Of a DNA stretch of 64,000 bases, positions 20,140-30,697 are shown one piece after another (position 1 is the first letter of the stretch; each line of letters begins with the position of its first letter). The stretch lies in the NCBI GenBank assembly GCA_965261345.1, contig OZ253449.1, forward strand, positions 608,001 through 672,000, in the 5' to 3' direction. The notes under the pieces were generated by a model. That model saw nothing but the letters and a program-made list of their open reading frames with translations. It was not told the origin of the DNA and ran no database searches. A program made the position numbers and the translations under genes. Origin of the DNA: Chloroflexota bacterium (GTDB lineage Bacteria > Chloroflexota > UBA11872 > VXNJ01).

Positions 20140-20433
20140 GTGCAGATGATGCGAAAAATGCAGCGCCAGATGGAGAAGATCCAACAGGAACTGGCCGAAA
20201 CCAAAATCGAAACGACTTCGGGCGGTGGCCTGATTAAGGTCGTTATCACCGGCGAGCAGGACATCGAATCGATAACGATCAGTCCCGAAGCGATAGATCC
20301 CGACGACACTGAACTGCTAGAGGACCTGGTACTGGCCGCGGTCAACGATGCGGTCAGCGAATCGCGATCTCTGGCGGCCCAGAAAATGAGCGCGCTAACC
20401 GGCGGGATGAAAATCCCTGGTATGCCGTTCTAG
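20140..20433 (+). CDS. ybaB: YbaB/EbfC nucleoid-associated protein
   Basis: SGGGLIKV, DPDDTELLEDLVLAAVNDA; dnaX-ybaB-recR synteny. Confidence 0.93.
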   Translation: MQMMRKMQRQMEKIQQELAETKIETTSGGGLIKVVITGEQDIESITISPEAIDPDDTELLEDLVLAAVNDAVSESRSLAAQKMSALTGGMKIPGMPF

Positions 20434-20467
20434 CTGTTACCGGTTCTAACAAGTCCAATCAGAGACC

Positions 20468-21073
20468 ATGATTGACGCCGGGTTGCCGACCCCCTTGACG
20501 GAATTGATCGAACAGTTTTCCAAACTGCCCGGTGTGGGGCGCAAGACCGCCACGCGCTACGCGCTATTTTTGATCCGCGCCAAACCGGCAACCGTGAGCG
20601 GGCTGGCCGAAACAATCGCGACGTTACCGGAGAGGATATTTGAGTGCTCGCGCTGCCGCAATTACGCCGAATCGACCCTCTGCCGCTTCTGCTCCGACCA
20701 TACCCGCAATGACCGAAAACTGTGCGTTGTCGAGGATCCGTTGGACCTGTTGGCGCTTGAGCAATCCGGCGGGTTTGACGGCCGCTATTTTGTTCTGCAC
20801 GGAGTGCTTTCACCGATTGACGGCATCGGGGCGGCCGAATTGCGACTCGGCAACCTGAGAGCCCTTGTCGCCCAGCACCCGGTGGAAGAGGTGATCGTGG
20901 CAACCAACGCATCGATGGAAGGCGACGCCACCGCGAGCGAGATCGCGCGGCTCCTGTCGGAGAGCGGGTGCACGGTCACCCGGCTGGCGCGCGGCTTGGC
21001 CACCGGCGGGGATATCGAATTCCTCGACGCGCAAACGCTTTCACTGGCGCTCTCCGGGCGCCGCCAGCTTTAG
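20468..21073 (+). CDS. recR: Recombination protein RecR
   Basis: LPGVGRKTA, C4 zinc finger, CVVE, LSPIDGIG, EGDATA. Confidence 0.97.
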   Translation: MIDAGLPTPLTELIEQFSKLPGVGRKTATRYALFLIRAKPATVSGLAETIATLPERIFECSRCRNYAESTLCRFCSDHTRNDRKLCVVEDPLDLLALEQSGGFDGRYFVLHGVLSPIDGIGAAELRLGNLRALVAQHPVEEVIVATNASMEGDATASEIARLLSESGCTVTRLARGLATGGDIEFLDAQTLSLALSGRRQL

Positions 21074-21089
21074 GAATCGGCCCTTTGAG

Positions 21090-21788
21090 TTAGGATCCCG
21101 ACCGGTTGTCCCCGGGCCGTACAAAGAGCGGGTTGACCGGCCGGCCGCGCACCCGAGCAGCAGCCACGTAAACTAGCGGTCCGATCGCCGCGACCAACCA
21201 CGGCACCAGCACAACTGCCAGATGTGCCTCGTTGACAAAGCCGGCAACGGCCTGGTCCTCGAGGATGAGCACCGCTCCGATTCGAAAGATCACCGCCGCG
21301 CCGAAGTAGATAAGCAGAGGTAGGCGTCCGGTCAGTTTGGCAATGATTCCCGACCCAATAAAGAGTAGTGGGATTGAAAGCGCCAATCCGAAAATCAACA
21401 GCCAAATATTGCCGTGCGCGGCGCCGGCTACCGAGAGGATGTTGTCCAGACTCATAACCACGTCTGCGAGCAGGATCAGGGCCACCGCCTGGCGAAAATT
21501 ACCCGCCTTCTTGCCGCCGCCGTGATCGCCGCCACCCATGCGCAAGAGCCGCCAGCCCACCCAGAACAGGGCCAGGCCGCCGAGGGCGGCAAGGAACGGG
21601 AGTTCTAGCAACTGGGTGGCCGCCGCCGCCAGGGCGATCCGCAAGACCACTGCCGCCCCGGCGCCCAGATAAATCGCGTTGCGTCGCTCGGATCCAGTTA
21701 AATTTGACGCCACGACGCCAATTAGGATGGCGTTATCACCGGAAAGTATCAGGTCAATGATGATGATTTCGACCAGGTTGCCGATCAT
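21090..21788 (-). CDS. TerC/YjbE family membrane protein
   Basis: DLILSGDNA, ADVVMSLDN, FGLALSIPL. Confidence 0.9.
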   Translation of the reverse strand: MIGNLVEIIIIDLILSGDNAILIGVVASNLTGSERRNAIYLGAGAAVVLRIALAAAATQLLELPFLAALGGLALFWVGWRLLRMGGGDHGGGKKAGNFRQAVALILLADVVMSLDNILSVAGAAHGNIWLLIFGLALSIPLLFIGSGIIAKLTGRLPLLIYFGAAVIFRIGAVLILEDQAVAGFVNEAHLAVVLVPWLVAAIGPLVYVAAARVRGRPVNPLFVRPGDNRSGS

Positions 21789-21959
21789 CGCTCGGCCTCC
21801 GATATCACCGGTTCGATCCGATCCGTCGGGGTGATCTCAGGCTTCAAGGGGCGGCAGCCCGCCGCGATCGTACTTGGCGCCTTGGACGGAGGGGCAGTTG
21901 CCAAAATTTAACGGTCGCATTTGTGCAGCGGACAAGAGATTGCGGGAACAGGCCCATCG

Positions 21960-23237
21960 ATGGTAAGCGAAAACATTTTCATCCTTGATACCTCGGCTAT
22001 CAAGGTCGGGCCCGGAGCGATCGCCGAACTAGGTTACGAGGCAGATCGACTGGGAATGCGGCGGGTGATGGTGGTAACCGACGCCGACGTTGCCAGCCTC
22101 GACTTCTTTCGGGGAGCGGTCGCCAACCTCGAAAGCGCCGGCCTTTCGGTTGAGGTGTATTCCGACGTTGAAATTGAACCGACCGATAACTCGCTGCGAT
22201 CGGCGATCGCAGCGGCCGACCAGGGCGAGTTTGACGGATTCATTTCAATCGGCGGTGGATCTAGCATCGACACCGCCAAAGTTGCCAACCTGTACACGAG
22301 CTGGCCGGCCGAATTTCTAACCTACGTGAACCAGCCAATCGGCCGGGGCGAGCCCGTACCCGGACCGCTGCGCCCGCATATTGCCGTCCCAACCACCGCC
22401 GGAACCGGGTCCGAAACCACCGGGGTGGCAATCTTTGATTACGCTGAACTTTCGGCCAAAACCGGAATAGCCCACCGGGCGCTGCGACCCACAATCGGCA
22501 TCATCGACCCAGCCGCGACCGCGACCCTGCCGCCGCTGGTTGCCGCCGCTTCGGGACTGGACGTCCTCTCGCACGCGCTCGAATCGCTGACCGCGATTCC
22601 GTTCGATCGGCGCCCGGCGCCAATTTCGGCGGCCCATCGCCCGGCATATCAGGGCGCCAACCCCATATCAGACATCTGGTCCACCGCGGCTATCACGGCG
22701 GTAAGTAAGAACATCATCAGGGCGATTGAGGACCCGGGCAACGAGTCGGCGCGACTGCAGATGATGCTGGCCGCGGCTTACGCCGGCATCGGATTCGGCA
22801 ATGCCGGGGTGCACCTTCCACACGGGATGTCCTATCCGGTTTCCGGCATGGTACGCAACTACTATCCCGCCGGTTACCCCAGCACCAAGGCGATCATCCC
22901 GCACGGAATCTCGGTCATCCTAAATTCCCCGGCGGTATTCCGCTGGACCGCCGAATCCGATCCGGCCCGCCACCTGCGGGCCGCCCAGCTGCTGGGGTTC
23001 AGCGCCAGAGAAGACGACTTGGCCAACGCTGGGGAGATTCTGGCCGAACAAATAATCAATTTGATGCGGCGCCTGGACCTGCCTTCCGGATTGGCCGCGA
23101 TCGGATTCACCAATTGCGATATCCCCGATCTAGTGGCCGGGACGCTGCCCCAGCACCGAGTCACCAAACTATCTCCGCGGCCGGCCGACAATAGTGATCT
23201 GAGCCAACTCTTTGCCGCCGCCATGCGCTACTGGTAG
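21960..23237 (+). CDS. Hydroxyacid-oxoacid transhydrogenase-like iron-containing ADH
   Basis: GGGSSIDTAK, PTTAGTGSETTG, RPAYQGANPISD, GNAGVHLPHGMSYPVSG, PQHRVTKLSP. Confidence 0.88.
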   Translation: MVSENIFILDTSAIKVGPGAIAELGYEADRLGMRRVMVVTDADVASLDFFRGAVANLESAGLSVEVYSDVEIEPTDNSLRSAIAAADQGEFDGFISIGGGSSIDTAKVANLYTSWPAEFLTYVNQPIGRGEPVPGPLRPHIAVPTTAGTGSETTGVAIFDYAELSAKTGIAHRALRPTIGIIDPAATATLPPLVAAASGLDVLSHALESLTAIPFDRRPAPISAAHRPAYQGANPISDIWSTAAITAVSKNIIRAIEDPGNESARLQMMLAAAYAGIGFGNAGVHLPHGMSYPVSGMVRNYYPAGYPSTKAIIPHGISVILNSPAVFRWTAESDPARHLRAAQLLGFSAREDDLANAGEILAEQIINLMRRLDLPSGLAAIGFTNCDIPDLVAGTLPQHRVTKLSPRPADNSDLSQLFAAAMRYW

Positions 23238-23242
23238 CAACC

Positions 23243-24229
23243 ATGCCCAAAGCCCTGCTGACCGACACCTTCTGGGAAGGGTTCGAAATTGAAGACCAAG
23301 TCCTGGGCAAGGCTGGGATCAGCTATGCAGTTGCCCCCGACGGAAACGAGGCGACACTGGTGGACATGGCCACCGATTGCCAGGCAATCCTGACCGTTTT
23401 CGCCAAGACCACCGCCGCGGTCATTGCGTCCCCCGGCGACCTGCGGGTAATTGCCCGTTACGGGGTGGGGGTGGACAACATTGATGTGGCAGCCGCCACT
23501 GCGCGCGGGGTTCCAGTTACCTACATTCCCGATTACTGCACCGAGGAGGTCGCCAGCCATGCGTTGGCACTGTTGCTCGGCCTCAACCGCAGCATCGTAA
23601 AAACCCATCGGGGTCTGATGGCCGGCGGTTTCGGTTTAGGTCTTGCCAAGCCGATTCTCAAACTGGCAGGGCTCCAACTGGGGATCGTTGGCTATGGTCG
23701 CTGCGGCCGGCAGCTTGCCCGGTATTGCTCGGGCTTGGACCTGCGGATCGTAGCGTATGATCCCACGCGAGCGCCCGGAACGTCCGATTGCGAAACCGGG
23801 ACGAAGTTTTTGGAACTGCAACATCTACTTGTTTCCAGTGATTTCGTGAGTCTGCACCTCCCGCTCGGCGAAGAGACCCGGCACATGTTCGGGGAGGCCC
23901 AATTTGCGGCGATGAAGGAATCGGCCTACCTGGTCAACACCGCCCGCGGCCCGATCGTAGATACGGTCGCGTTGGCCCGGGCGCTAGTCGACGGCCGGAT
24001 AGCCGGTGCCGGACTGGATGTTTTTGAAAACGAACCGTTGGAACCAGATCACCCGCTGCGTTCGGCCCCCAACACGATCCTGACGTCGCACACCGCGTTC
24101 TATTCCGAGACGGCACTGGCTGAGAATCGCAAGCGTGCCGCGCAAAGTGTGGTGGACGTCCTCAGCGGTCGATCGCCCGCCCATATCGCCAACCCCGGAT
24201 ACCGCCAGGCGGATTCGGCGGTTGATTAA
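23243..24229 (+). CDS. D-isomer-specific 2-hydroxyacid dehydrogenase (CtBP-like)
   Basis: RYGVGVDNID, PDYCTEEVA, GYGRCG, NTARG, DVFENEP, SHTAFYS. Confidence 0.9.
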   Translation: MPKALLTDTFWEGFEIEDQVLGKAGISYAVAPDGNEATLVDMATDCQAILTVFAKTTAAVIASPGDLRVIARYGVGVDNIDVAAATARGVPVTYIPDYCTEEVASHALALLLGLNRSIVKTHRGLMAGGFGLGLAKPILKLAGLQLGIVGYGRCGRQLARYCSGLDLRIVAYDPTRAPGTSDCETGTKFLELQHLLVSSDFVSLHLPLGEETRHMFGEAQFAAMKESAYLVNTARGPIVDTVALARALVDGRIAGAGLDVFENEPLEPDHPLRSAPNTILTSHTAFYSETALAENRKRAAQSVVDVLSGRSPAHIANPGYRQADSAVD

Positions 24230-25386
24230 TAAATTGAGTGGAGCATCGCCTGCAGCTGGGCAAATGAGGCCTGAGTCGGGCTCTGGATCTGCAGCCGCTC
24301 GGAGTCGGCAGTCAGTCGCGCCATCTCATCAATGTCATCGGCGGCCACCCCGTAGTAACTGAGCTGCGTGTTGATGTCTAGCTCATCGACGAGCTGTTCG
24401 ACCACCGCGATTACGGCGTCGGCCCGGGCGGACGGCGTGGAGATCTTGTCGGACACGCCAAGCGGCCGAGCCAGTTCAGCCATCTTCTCGGGAACCTGTT
24501 GGGCGTAGAACTTAAATATCGGCACCAGGCAAATCGCATTGGCGATACCGTGCGGAACCTTGTAGCGGGCCCCGATCACGTGAGCGGTGGCGTGGATGAT
24601 GGTCACCCCGGCATTGGCCAGGGTGTAGCCAGCAAGTAGCGCTCCAAGCATCTGATTGGAGCGGGCTTCCAGGTTCGATCCATCGCGGTAGGCAGTTGGC
24701 AGATTATTGAGGATCAGGCCCATCGCCGCGCGCGCAAACATCTGCGTTTGGATGGTCGCATTTGTGGACAGGTAGGACTCGGTGGCATGGCAAAAGGCAT
24801 CGATTCCCGAAGCTGCGGTTACCGCTGGTGGGAGCCCCAGAGTCAATTCGGGGTCAACGATCGCCACGTCGGGATAGATGTGCGGAGAGATAACCGGCTG
24901 CTTGTTGGATGAATCTTCCAGAACCGCGACCGCGTTGCCGGTCACTTCGGATGCCGTTCCTGCGGTAGTCGGGATCGAGATATTGGGCAGGCCTGGCAGC
25001 CTGACCATATTAACGCCGATCAGTTCCTCGACCTTTTGGCCGTTGGCCACCGCGCAACCGGCGATTTGGGCAGTATCCATCGAACTACCACCGCCCAGGC
25101 CGATGACCAGATCGGCGCCCGATGTGGCTATTTCGTCGGCGGTCGCATTGATCAACGAGATCGGCGGTTCCTGTGCCGGGTTTTCGCGGACCTGGAAGGC
25201 GATTCCCGCCTTGGCCAGAATTTCTTCGACGCAGTCGACTACGCCAGCCGCGCGAAGCCCCTGGTCGGTTACCACAAAAGCCCGCGTGGCGCCTAGATAG
25301 GCACATTCCTCGGGCAACCGGGCGACGGCGCCAACCTCAAAATCGACGATTTTGGTGGTTCTAAATACTGCTGGGTCAACGGCCAT
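24226..25386 (-). CDS. Iron-containing alcohol dehydrogenase
   Basis: GGGSSMD, PTTAGTASE, DAFCHATE, HATAH, PHG. Confidence 0.9.
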   Translation of the reverse strand: MAVDPAVFRTTKIVDFEVGAVARLPEECAYLGATRAFVVTDQGLRAAGVVDCVEEILAKAGIAFQVRENPAQEPPISLINATADEIATSGADLVIGLGGGSSMDTAQIAGCAVANGQKVEELIGVNMVRLPGLPNISIPTTAGTASEVTGNAVAVLEDSSNKQPVISPHIYPDVAIVDPELTLGLPPAVTAASGIDAFCHATESYLSTNATIQTQMFARAAMGLILNNLPTAYRDGSNLEARSNQMLGALLAGYTLANAGVTIIHATAHVIGARYKVPHGIANAICLVPIFKFYAQQVPEKMAELARPLGVSDKISTPSARADAVIAVVEQLVDELDINTQLSYYGVAADDIDEMARLTADSERLQIQSPTQASFAQLQAMLHSIY

Positions 25387-25446
25387 TAGATGTCCTCTAT
25401 ATGTGCTGCGTGGATCGGGTTTGCCAAGCGAAATTATGACTAGGAA

Positions 25447-26622
25447 TCACGCTGGAACCCAATTGATCTTGCTCAAAAACTCAATCAGACGGTTTGACAC
25501 TGCTAGCGGTGATTCCATCTGTACCCAATGGCCGGCCCCGGACAGAAGATCAACTTCGATCAGGTTGTCGCTCACCTGCTCGCGCAATCGGTCCAAGCCG
25601 CCGGGACTTTGATAGACGCCCCAATCACGTTCGCCCGAGATGAACAAACATGGCACCTCGAGCCTGCGCCCGGCAAAAACCTGCAATTCGGCCACCTGGG
25701 CCCGATTGCCGCCGCAGCGATAGGAATTTAGAGCCCCTTGGAAGCCGGTTCGTTCAAACTCCCTGCAGTAGACGGCCAGCTGCTGATCACTCAACCACTT
25801 GCAAGCCTTGATCTGGGATGGCGTGGGCATCTGCCGGCCTACCGTTTCAGCCATGGACTGCCCCTTTTCCATCACGTAGTAGGTGGGCAGGCGGGCCAGT
25901 TCGGCGGCCGTCCATTCCTTAAGTTGGAACGGGCGGTTCTGCTCGTGATCGCCGCTCTTGAAGTGAAAGTAGCCACGCAGAAAATCATGCACGCCCTGGT
26001 CGCAATCGACCATTTCGGCATTGGCCCGGGTTTCACGATAGTAATCCTGGTAGTGCTGGCGGGCCGGAGACAGGCTTGCCAAAGCCGGACCGATAAGTTC
26101 GACCGGGATCTCGGGATCCGGTCCGGCCAGGTCCGGCGGCCCGCCGAAAGGGGCGCTCATGATTGCCAGCCCGGGAAACCGGTCCGGCCGCATGAGGGCC
26201 GACCAGGCCGCCACCAGGGACCCGTAATCGTGGCCGACGACGACTGCCTGGTCACGTCCCAAAGCGGCCAGCAGATAGAGCTGATCTCGGACTCTGTTAG
26301 GTATCGAATAAGGCCGCAAACTGCTCTCATAGGCGACTTGGGGCGGACCGGTCCGCCCGTACCCGCGAAGGTCCGGAGCCACGGCAAAATAACCTGCCGC
26401 GGCAAGCCGCGGCAGGACGAAACGCCATGAGTAGGCAAGCTCGGGAAACCCATGCAGCAGGATCACGCATGGCTGCCCAGGCCGATTTTCCCCAGCGGCC
26501 AGAAGGTGCATTGACAACCCGTTGATGCCTTCAAGCTGAATTGAACGGATGCCCTCACCCGGCAGTTCATCCGACAGCGGAGGCAGATTTGCCCAGTCGT
26601 TATCCATTAATCTTTCAGCCAT
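25447..26622 (-). CDS. Alpha/beta hydrolase, epoxide hydrolase-like; start uncertain
   Basis: LHGFPELAYSWR, PDLRGYG, GHDYG (Asp nucleophile), AGHWVQME. Confidence 0.9.
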   Translation of the reverse strand: MAERLMDNDWANLPPLSDELPGEGIRSIQLEGINGLSMHLLAAGENRPGQPCVILLHGFPELAYSWRFVLPRLAAAGYFAVAPDLRGYGRTGPPQVAYESSLRPYSIPNRVRDQLYLLAALGRDQAVVVGHDYGSLVAAWSALMRPDRFPGLAIMSAPFGGPPDLAGPDPEIPVELIGPALASLSPARQHYQDYYRETRANAEMVDCDQGVHDFLRGYFHFKSGDHEQNRPFQLKEWTAAELARLPTYYVMEKGQSMAETVGRQMPTPSQIKACKWLSDQQLAVYCREFERTGFQGALNSYRCGGNRAQVAELQVFAGRRLEVPCLFISGERDWGVYQSPGGLDRLREQVSDNLIEVDLLSGAGHWVQMESPLAVSNRLIEFLSKINWVPA

Positions 26623-26733
26623 GCCCCAATTGCCGATCCTTGATGCCTGGTCGCTATTTTCGGCGAGCAGCTTGCACCGAGCCGCTTCGGAGCCGCTACG
26701 CCGTGGCCGGGCGATCCGCGCGGACAAGCGGCA

Positions 26734-27105
26734 ATGCGGCAGTTCCCGATTCTTTCATCCATCACCGTTTTGTTGCCCACGATTGGGATTGCGGCGCCCG
26801 TAGCTACCGGTTTCGGAGACAGGCCATTTACGGTGCTAGCACACACCATCACTCTTGCCATGCTGGGCCCGTCCAGTCCATACGCCCATTTTGCGATTGG
26901 CGCCCTCAGCGCCGAGCGCCAGTGGAGCCCGGCCTACCGGAGGGTGCCGCGGGCCCTTCAGATTACAAGTCGTAGCGGCACGTACGGCTTTTCCGTGCAC
27001 GCCGCAACGGCGCACGAACTAAAACGCCAGATCGAAATGCATACAGCAAACAGCGAATTTGGCACCCCCGCATTCACCTACCGTGCGGGACCGTCAGGTA
27101 AGTGA
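26734..27105 (+). CDS. Possible small hypothetical protein
   Basis: 123-aa ORF filling the gap between two minus-strand genes; no recognised motif. Confidence 0.25.
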   Translation: MRQFPILSSITVLLPTIGIAAPVATGFGDRPFTVLAHTITLAMLGPSSPYAHFAIGALSAERQWSPAYRRVPRALQITSRSGTYGFSVHAATAHELKRQIEMHTANSEFGTPAFTYRAGPSGK

Positions 27106-29664
27106 TGGCATCCCCGGCGGCACCGAAATCTGGCTGCTGTGAAGCCACGCGCCCACCGTGGTACCGGGCGGCAGGAACCGGATGTCGGGCAGCAACTGGG
27201 ATCCGTCTTCGGCCTGGAAGCCCACCTCAATGCGATCGTCGGCCAAGCGCCGCGACCGGATTCGGCCGATGGACTCTGCATCGATTTCGACCGGGCTGCT
27301 CAAGTACCAAACTCCTATACGGGCATCGGAGGCAAGGAATCGCTGCGTCGGCAACATCCGTCGTCCGTTGGGCAATTGCACGCCATGCTCGACCTGCCCC
27401 GCTGCACTCACCCGGGCGACGATTCGCAGGTTGTACGGCGCGGGCTCGCTTGCCGTTTCGGAAGGCTTATACCCTGGCAACAGGGTGACCTCGTGGTCGG
27501 CGATGGTTAAGGATCGTAAGAATCTCGAATTTGCCACGTCGACGTCGGTGAGGGCGCAGAGTACGCTGTCAACCGCTAACCCAAATACCGGCAATACCGC
27601 GCGGATTTCGCCATCGAGAGAAATCGATTCGCCACTTTCATCAACCGTCGCCAGAGCCGAATTCAACGCGGAACCTGACCCCAGGCAAGTGGCGCCGGCG
27701 GCAATCTTGGCAACCATTTCCTGCACTGACGGATCCGCCCAACCGAACTCGGAGGCGCGCGCCGCCCTAACCGCCAATCCGGCCGAAACAGTCGGCACGA
27801 GGACGTTTTCGGCATAGGCGAGCTGCGACTGTACGGTGAGAGCTTCGGCAAATGTGATGGCGCCACCAGCCTGGGATCGCCGTTGCAGCAATTGCCACTC
27901 GGCAGCCAGCGAACGGTACCGGGCGGAGGCCTGTGTGGCTCCGTCGAGCATGAGGTTCTCAACCGCGGTGGCGCCGATCATATTTCCGGCGGCCACCCCC
28001 TCGTCCAATCCCGAGCGGGAGATCGCGTCCAAGTAATCGGACACAAATGCACTTCGCAGGGTAGTTGCTGCTGGGTTTGAGATGCCCGTAGGTTCTCGAG
28101 TTGCCGTAGACAGCGATTGGGTTTTTTCTTGAAGGGTTGCAATCGCGGGACGCTCGAATATGCCGTCCAGCATCAAGCGCCGCACGCCCGCGCTATAGAT
28201 CGCCTGCGTACGCTGCGGATTGGCTACGGCCGCTTCCGGCGCCGCGATGTCGACCACTGAAATCGTCACCCGGCCATCCCCGTCGGCAGTCGCCGTTACC
28301 TGATAGGTTGTCGCGTCAGATTGCACGCGCGTGGATTCGAAAGTTGGCCCGGAAAGGACGGTGAGGTTCCGCCAGGTACCGTGATAACCCTGATCTCGCC
28401 CGAAGGGGTCGAGGGTAAATATCGCTACGAACACCCACGAGCTGCCAGGTCTCCGAAGGGTCAACTCGACCGGGCTTACTTTCGCCAGCTCGGTGCTGAT
28501 ATTGCTCGCCGCTTCGACCCCCGAATGGTAAGAATCACCCGCTCGCCAACTCGATTCGGTCGCAAGTATGGAATCGCCCCAATTCCGCGCGCCGGGGCCG
28601 GAAACATATATCAAGGCGCTGCCGCCGGTGTCGGCAAGATTGCCCCCGCCCAGATTGCCCACACGGTAGTTAACCGCAAAGGGCTCTCCGGCTATCACCT
28701 GGTCAGGCACGTGTATTGCCTCGACCTTGAGATTGGCCCGTTGCTGCCGCTCGAGCTCGTCGGAGACGTGGATTACCAGTTCGAAATTAGACGCCAGAGG
28801 CTGCAGGCCACGGTCCTGGTAGGTCGTCGCTTCGACCACGTAGGTGCCGGCGGCCAGAAATTTTGCGATGCGTGCGTTACGGCCACCGCCGCCGTCGTCG
28901 TTGGCACCGATTACGCTCCCGTCGATTCTCAATAGGGATGCGACCGGATCGCCTTCGACCGACGTTAGATCAATTGATACGTGCCCGTCTTGCGCGAGAT
29001 GGAAGAAGTAGGTGTAAGCGGGGTGTTCTACGACTATGCGAGATCCGCAAGTTTCGGGTGTCCAGGTTCCGGTTGCGGTCAGGTCGACGCCTAGCGCCAG
29101 CACTCCCAAATCAATTGGTTCACATCCCGACACATAAGCGATGGACAACTTGAATTCAGCCGGGCCACGGCTGCGCCCGCCCGCCGTCGTGGCCTCGACC
29201 AGGTAAGCACCGGGGGGAAGATCACGCTCTATGCGGGCATCCAAGGCTGCACCGCCTTCATCGTCATCGGCAATGCGGTTTCCTTCCGTATCCAATAGGT
29301 ACAGGTACGGATCGCCTTCTGCCGACGAAAGATCGATTCGAATCCGACCGTTCGTTGAAACATCAAACCGAAAAGTGTGGGCGTCGCTCTCGCTCCGAAA
29401 ACGCGAATCGCAGTCTTGCGTCGACCATCTACCCTCAATTTTCAGCCCGTTCCCGGGTTCGGTGCCCAGGGCTCCGAGATCGGTCACTGCGCAGTGCGCA
29501 TCTTCCTGTGCGATCACCGTTGAAATTGAGCCCGCACCCAAAATTCCAGCAGCGAGGGCTGTCACGATGGCGGCGGCAGTTAGCACCCGGATCAAAAACC
29601 CGAGTGATTTGGAGCCAGCAGAGGCGTAGCCACCGAGATCTATTGCAGTGGGCAAAGGTGTCAC
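27094..29664 (-). CDS. Large exported protein with two PPC-like domains and a tandem C-terminal repeat
   Basis: Signal/TM segment; two repeats IDLxSxEGDP...DD(E)GG...ARI...G.Y.VEATT; Ig/CARDB-like segment; two ~48-aa C-terminal repeats. Confidence 0.8.
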   Translation of the reverse strand: MTPLPTAIDLGGYASAGSKSLGFLIRVLTAAAIVTALAAGILGAGSISTVIAQEDAHCAVTDLGALGTEPGNGLKIEGRWSTQDCDSRFRSESDAHTFRFDVSTNGRIRIDLSSAEGDPYLYLLDTEGNRIADDDEGGAALDARIERDLPPGAYLVEATTAGGRSRGPAEFKLSIAYVSGCEPIDLGVLALGVDLTATGTWTPETCGSRIVVEHPAYTYFFHLAQDGHVSIDLTSVEGDPVASLLRIDGSVIGANDDGGGGRNARIAKFLAAGTYVVEATTYQDRGLQPLASNFELVIHVSDELERQQRANLKVEAIHVPDQVIAGEPFAVNYRVGNLGGGNLADTGGSALIYVSGPGARNWGDSILATESSWRAGDSYHSGVEAASNISTELAKVSPVELTLRRPGSSWVFVAIFTLDPFGRDQGYHGTWRNLTVLSGPTFESTRVQSDATTYQVTATADGDGRVTISVVDIAAPEAAVANPQRTQAIYSAGVRRLMLDGIFERPAIATLQEKTQSLSTATREPTGISNPAATTLRSAFVSDYLDAISRSGLDEGVAAGNMIGATAVENLMLDGATQASARYRSLAAEWQLLQRRSQAGGAITFAEALTVQSQLAYAENVLVPTVSAGLAVRAARASEFGWADPSVQEMVAKIAAGATCLGSGSALNSALATVDESGESISLDGEIRAVLPVFGLAVDSVLCALTDVDVANSRFLRSLTIADHEVTLLPGYKPSETASEPAPYNLRIVARVSAAGQVEHGVQLPNGRRMLPTQRFLASDARIGVWYLSSPVEIDAESIGRIRSRRLADDRIEVGFQAEDGSQLLPDIRFLPPGTTVGAWLHSSQISVPPGMPSLT

Positions 29665-30697
29665 AGAATGGTCCTACATCGAAAGTCTTGTGGAGCTTGG
29701 CTCTGCAGGCGACTTGTTTTCTTCAATTACGTCATAAACGCGTGTGCTCAACCGGCCTGAAAGCACTAAATCTCGGGCACCGATACAAACTGCACCGTGA
29801 GGACCGCGTTCAAATCCGCATAAATTCTGGGCAATGATATGCATCTGGGTAGATACCTGAAATGAGACGGCGAACCAAACGGCACTTGAGGTCGCTCTGT
29901 GCATTGAATGCGCGCCCGATCAAATCCACGGTGAGAACTAACCGGAAATTGCAATTGGCCCACGCGGCCCGGCGACTGGCGTCAGATGGTCGTTAAGTAG
30001 TTATTTGGCCCGCGCCGGCAATCGCCCGCCATTTGACAGAGAAGCGCCATGGCGTTGTTGGCGTAATAGATTCCGGCGTAGCGGCCGGCCGGGCTGGGTC
30101 CTGCGATGGTTCATCGGCGGTCGTTCAGCTTAAACTGCCCGATTAAATCCCAGAACCAGGCTCGCAGCAAATTAGGCGGAAAGCAATGCGCGGTGCTTTG
30201 CAGACTGTATCGGGTGGGCAGACTGGTTGGTGGCGATCCCAATTTCCTAGGCGTTTATTTGTGGCCTTCCTAGCGCCAGAGGCGGTCGACGAAAGAGAAT
30301 GCAAACGGCGGCCAATTTGCAATCAGGATTGCAAATCAGCCGATAACAGACGAGGCCGGCACAGCCGTTGAAGGTCCGCGTACGCCGTCGAGCCGGACCG
30401 AACTGATTCTCCAGCCGGCGCAACGGTGGGCGGCGGAGGGTTTCCAGTCTGCCAACGTCAATATCGCGGTCAGGTCCATTTTTCCGACCGTGGCGCTTAG
30501 TAGATATATTTGGCGGCGGCCGGCCGGTGTCATTGCCGGCGTTGGAGCCGGTACGCGGAATCCGGATGATCCGAATGGGCGCGGGGTAATTTGGTAGTTT
30601 CCGAACCTATGGTCCGAGGCTGTTCAAACGCAGATCCGGGAGCAGACCCAATCACGGCACGTCCAATTTGTCAGCAACTTAATAGGGTTCAGATCTG

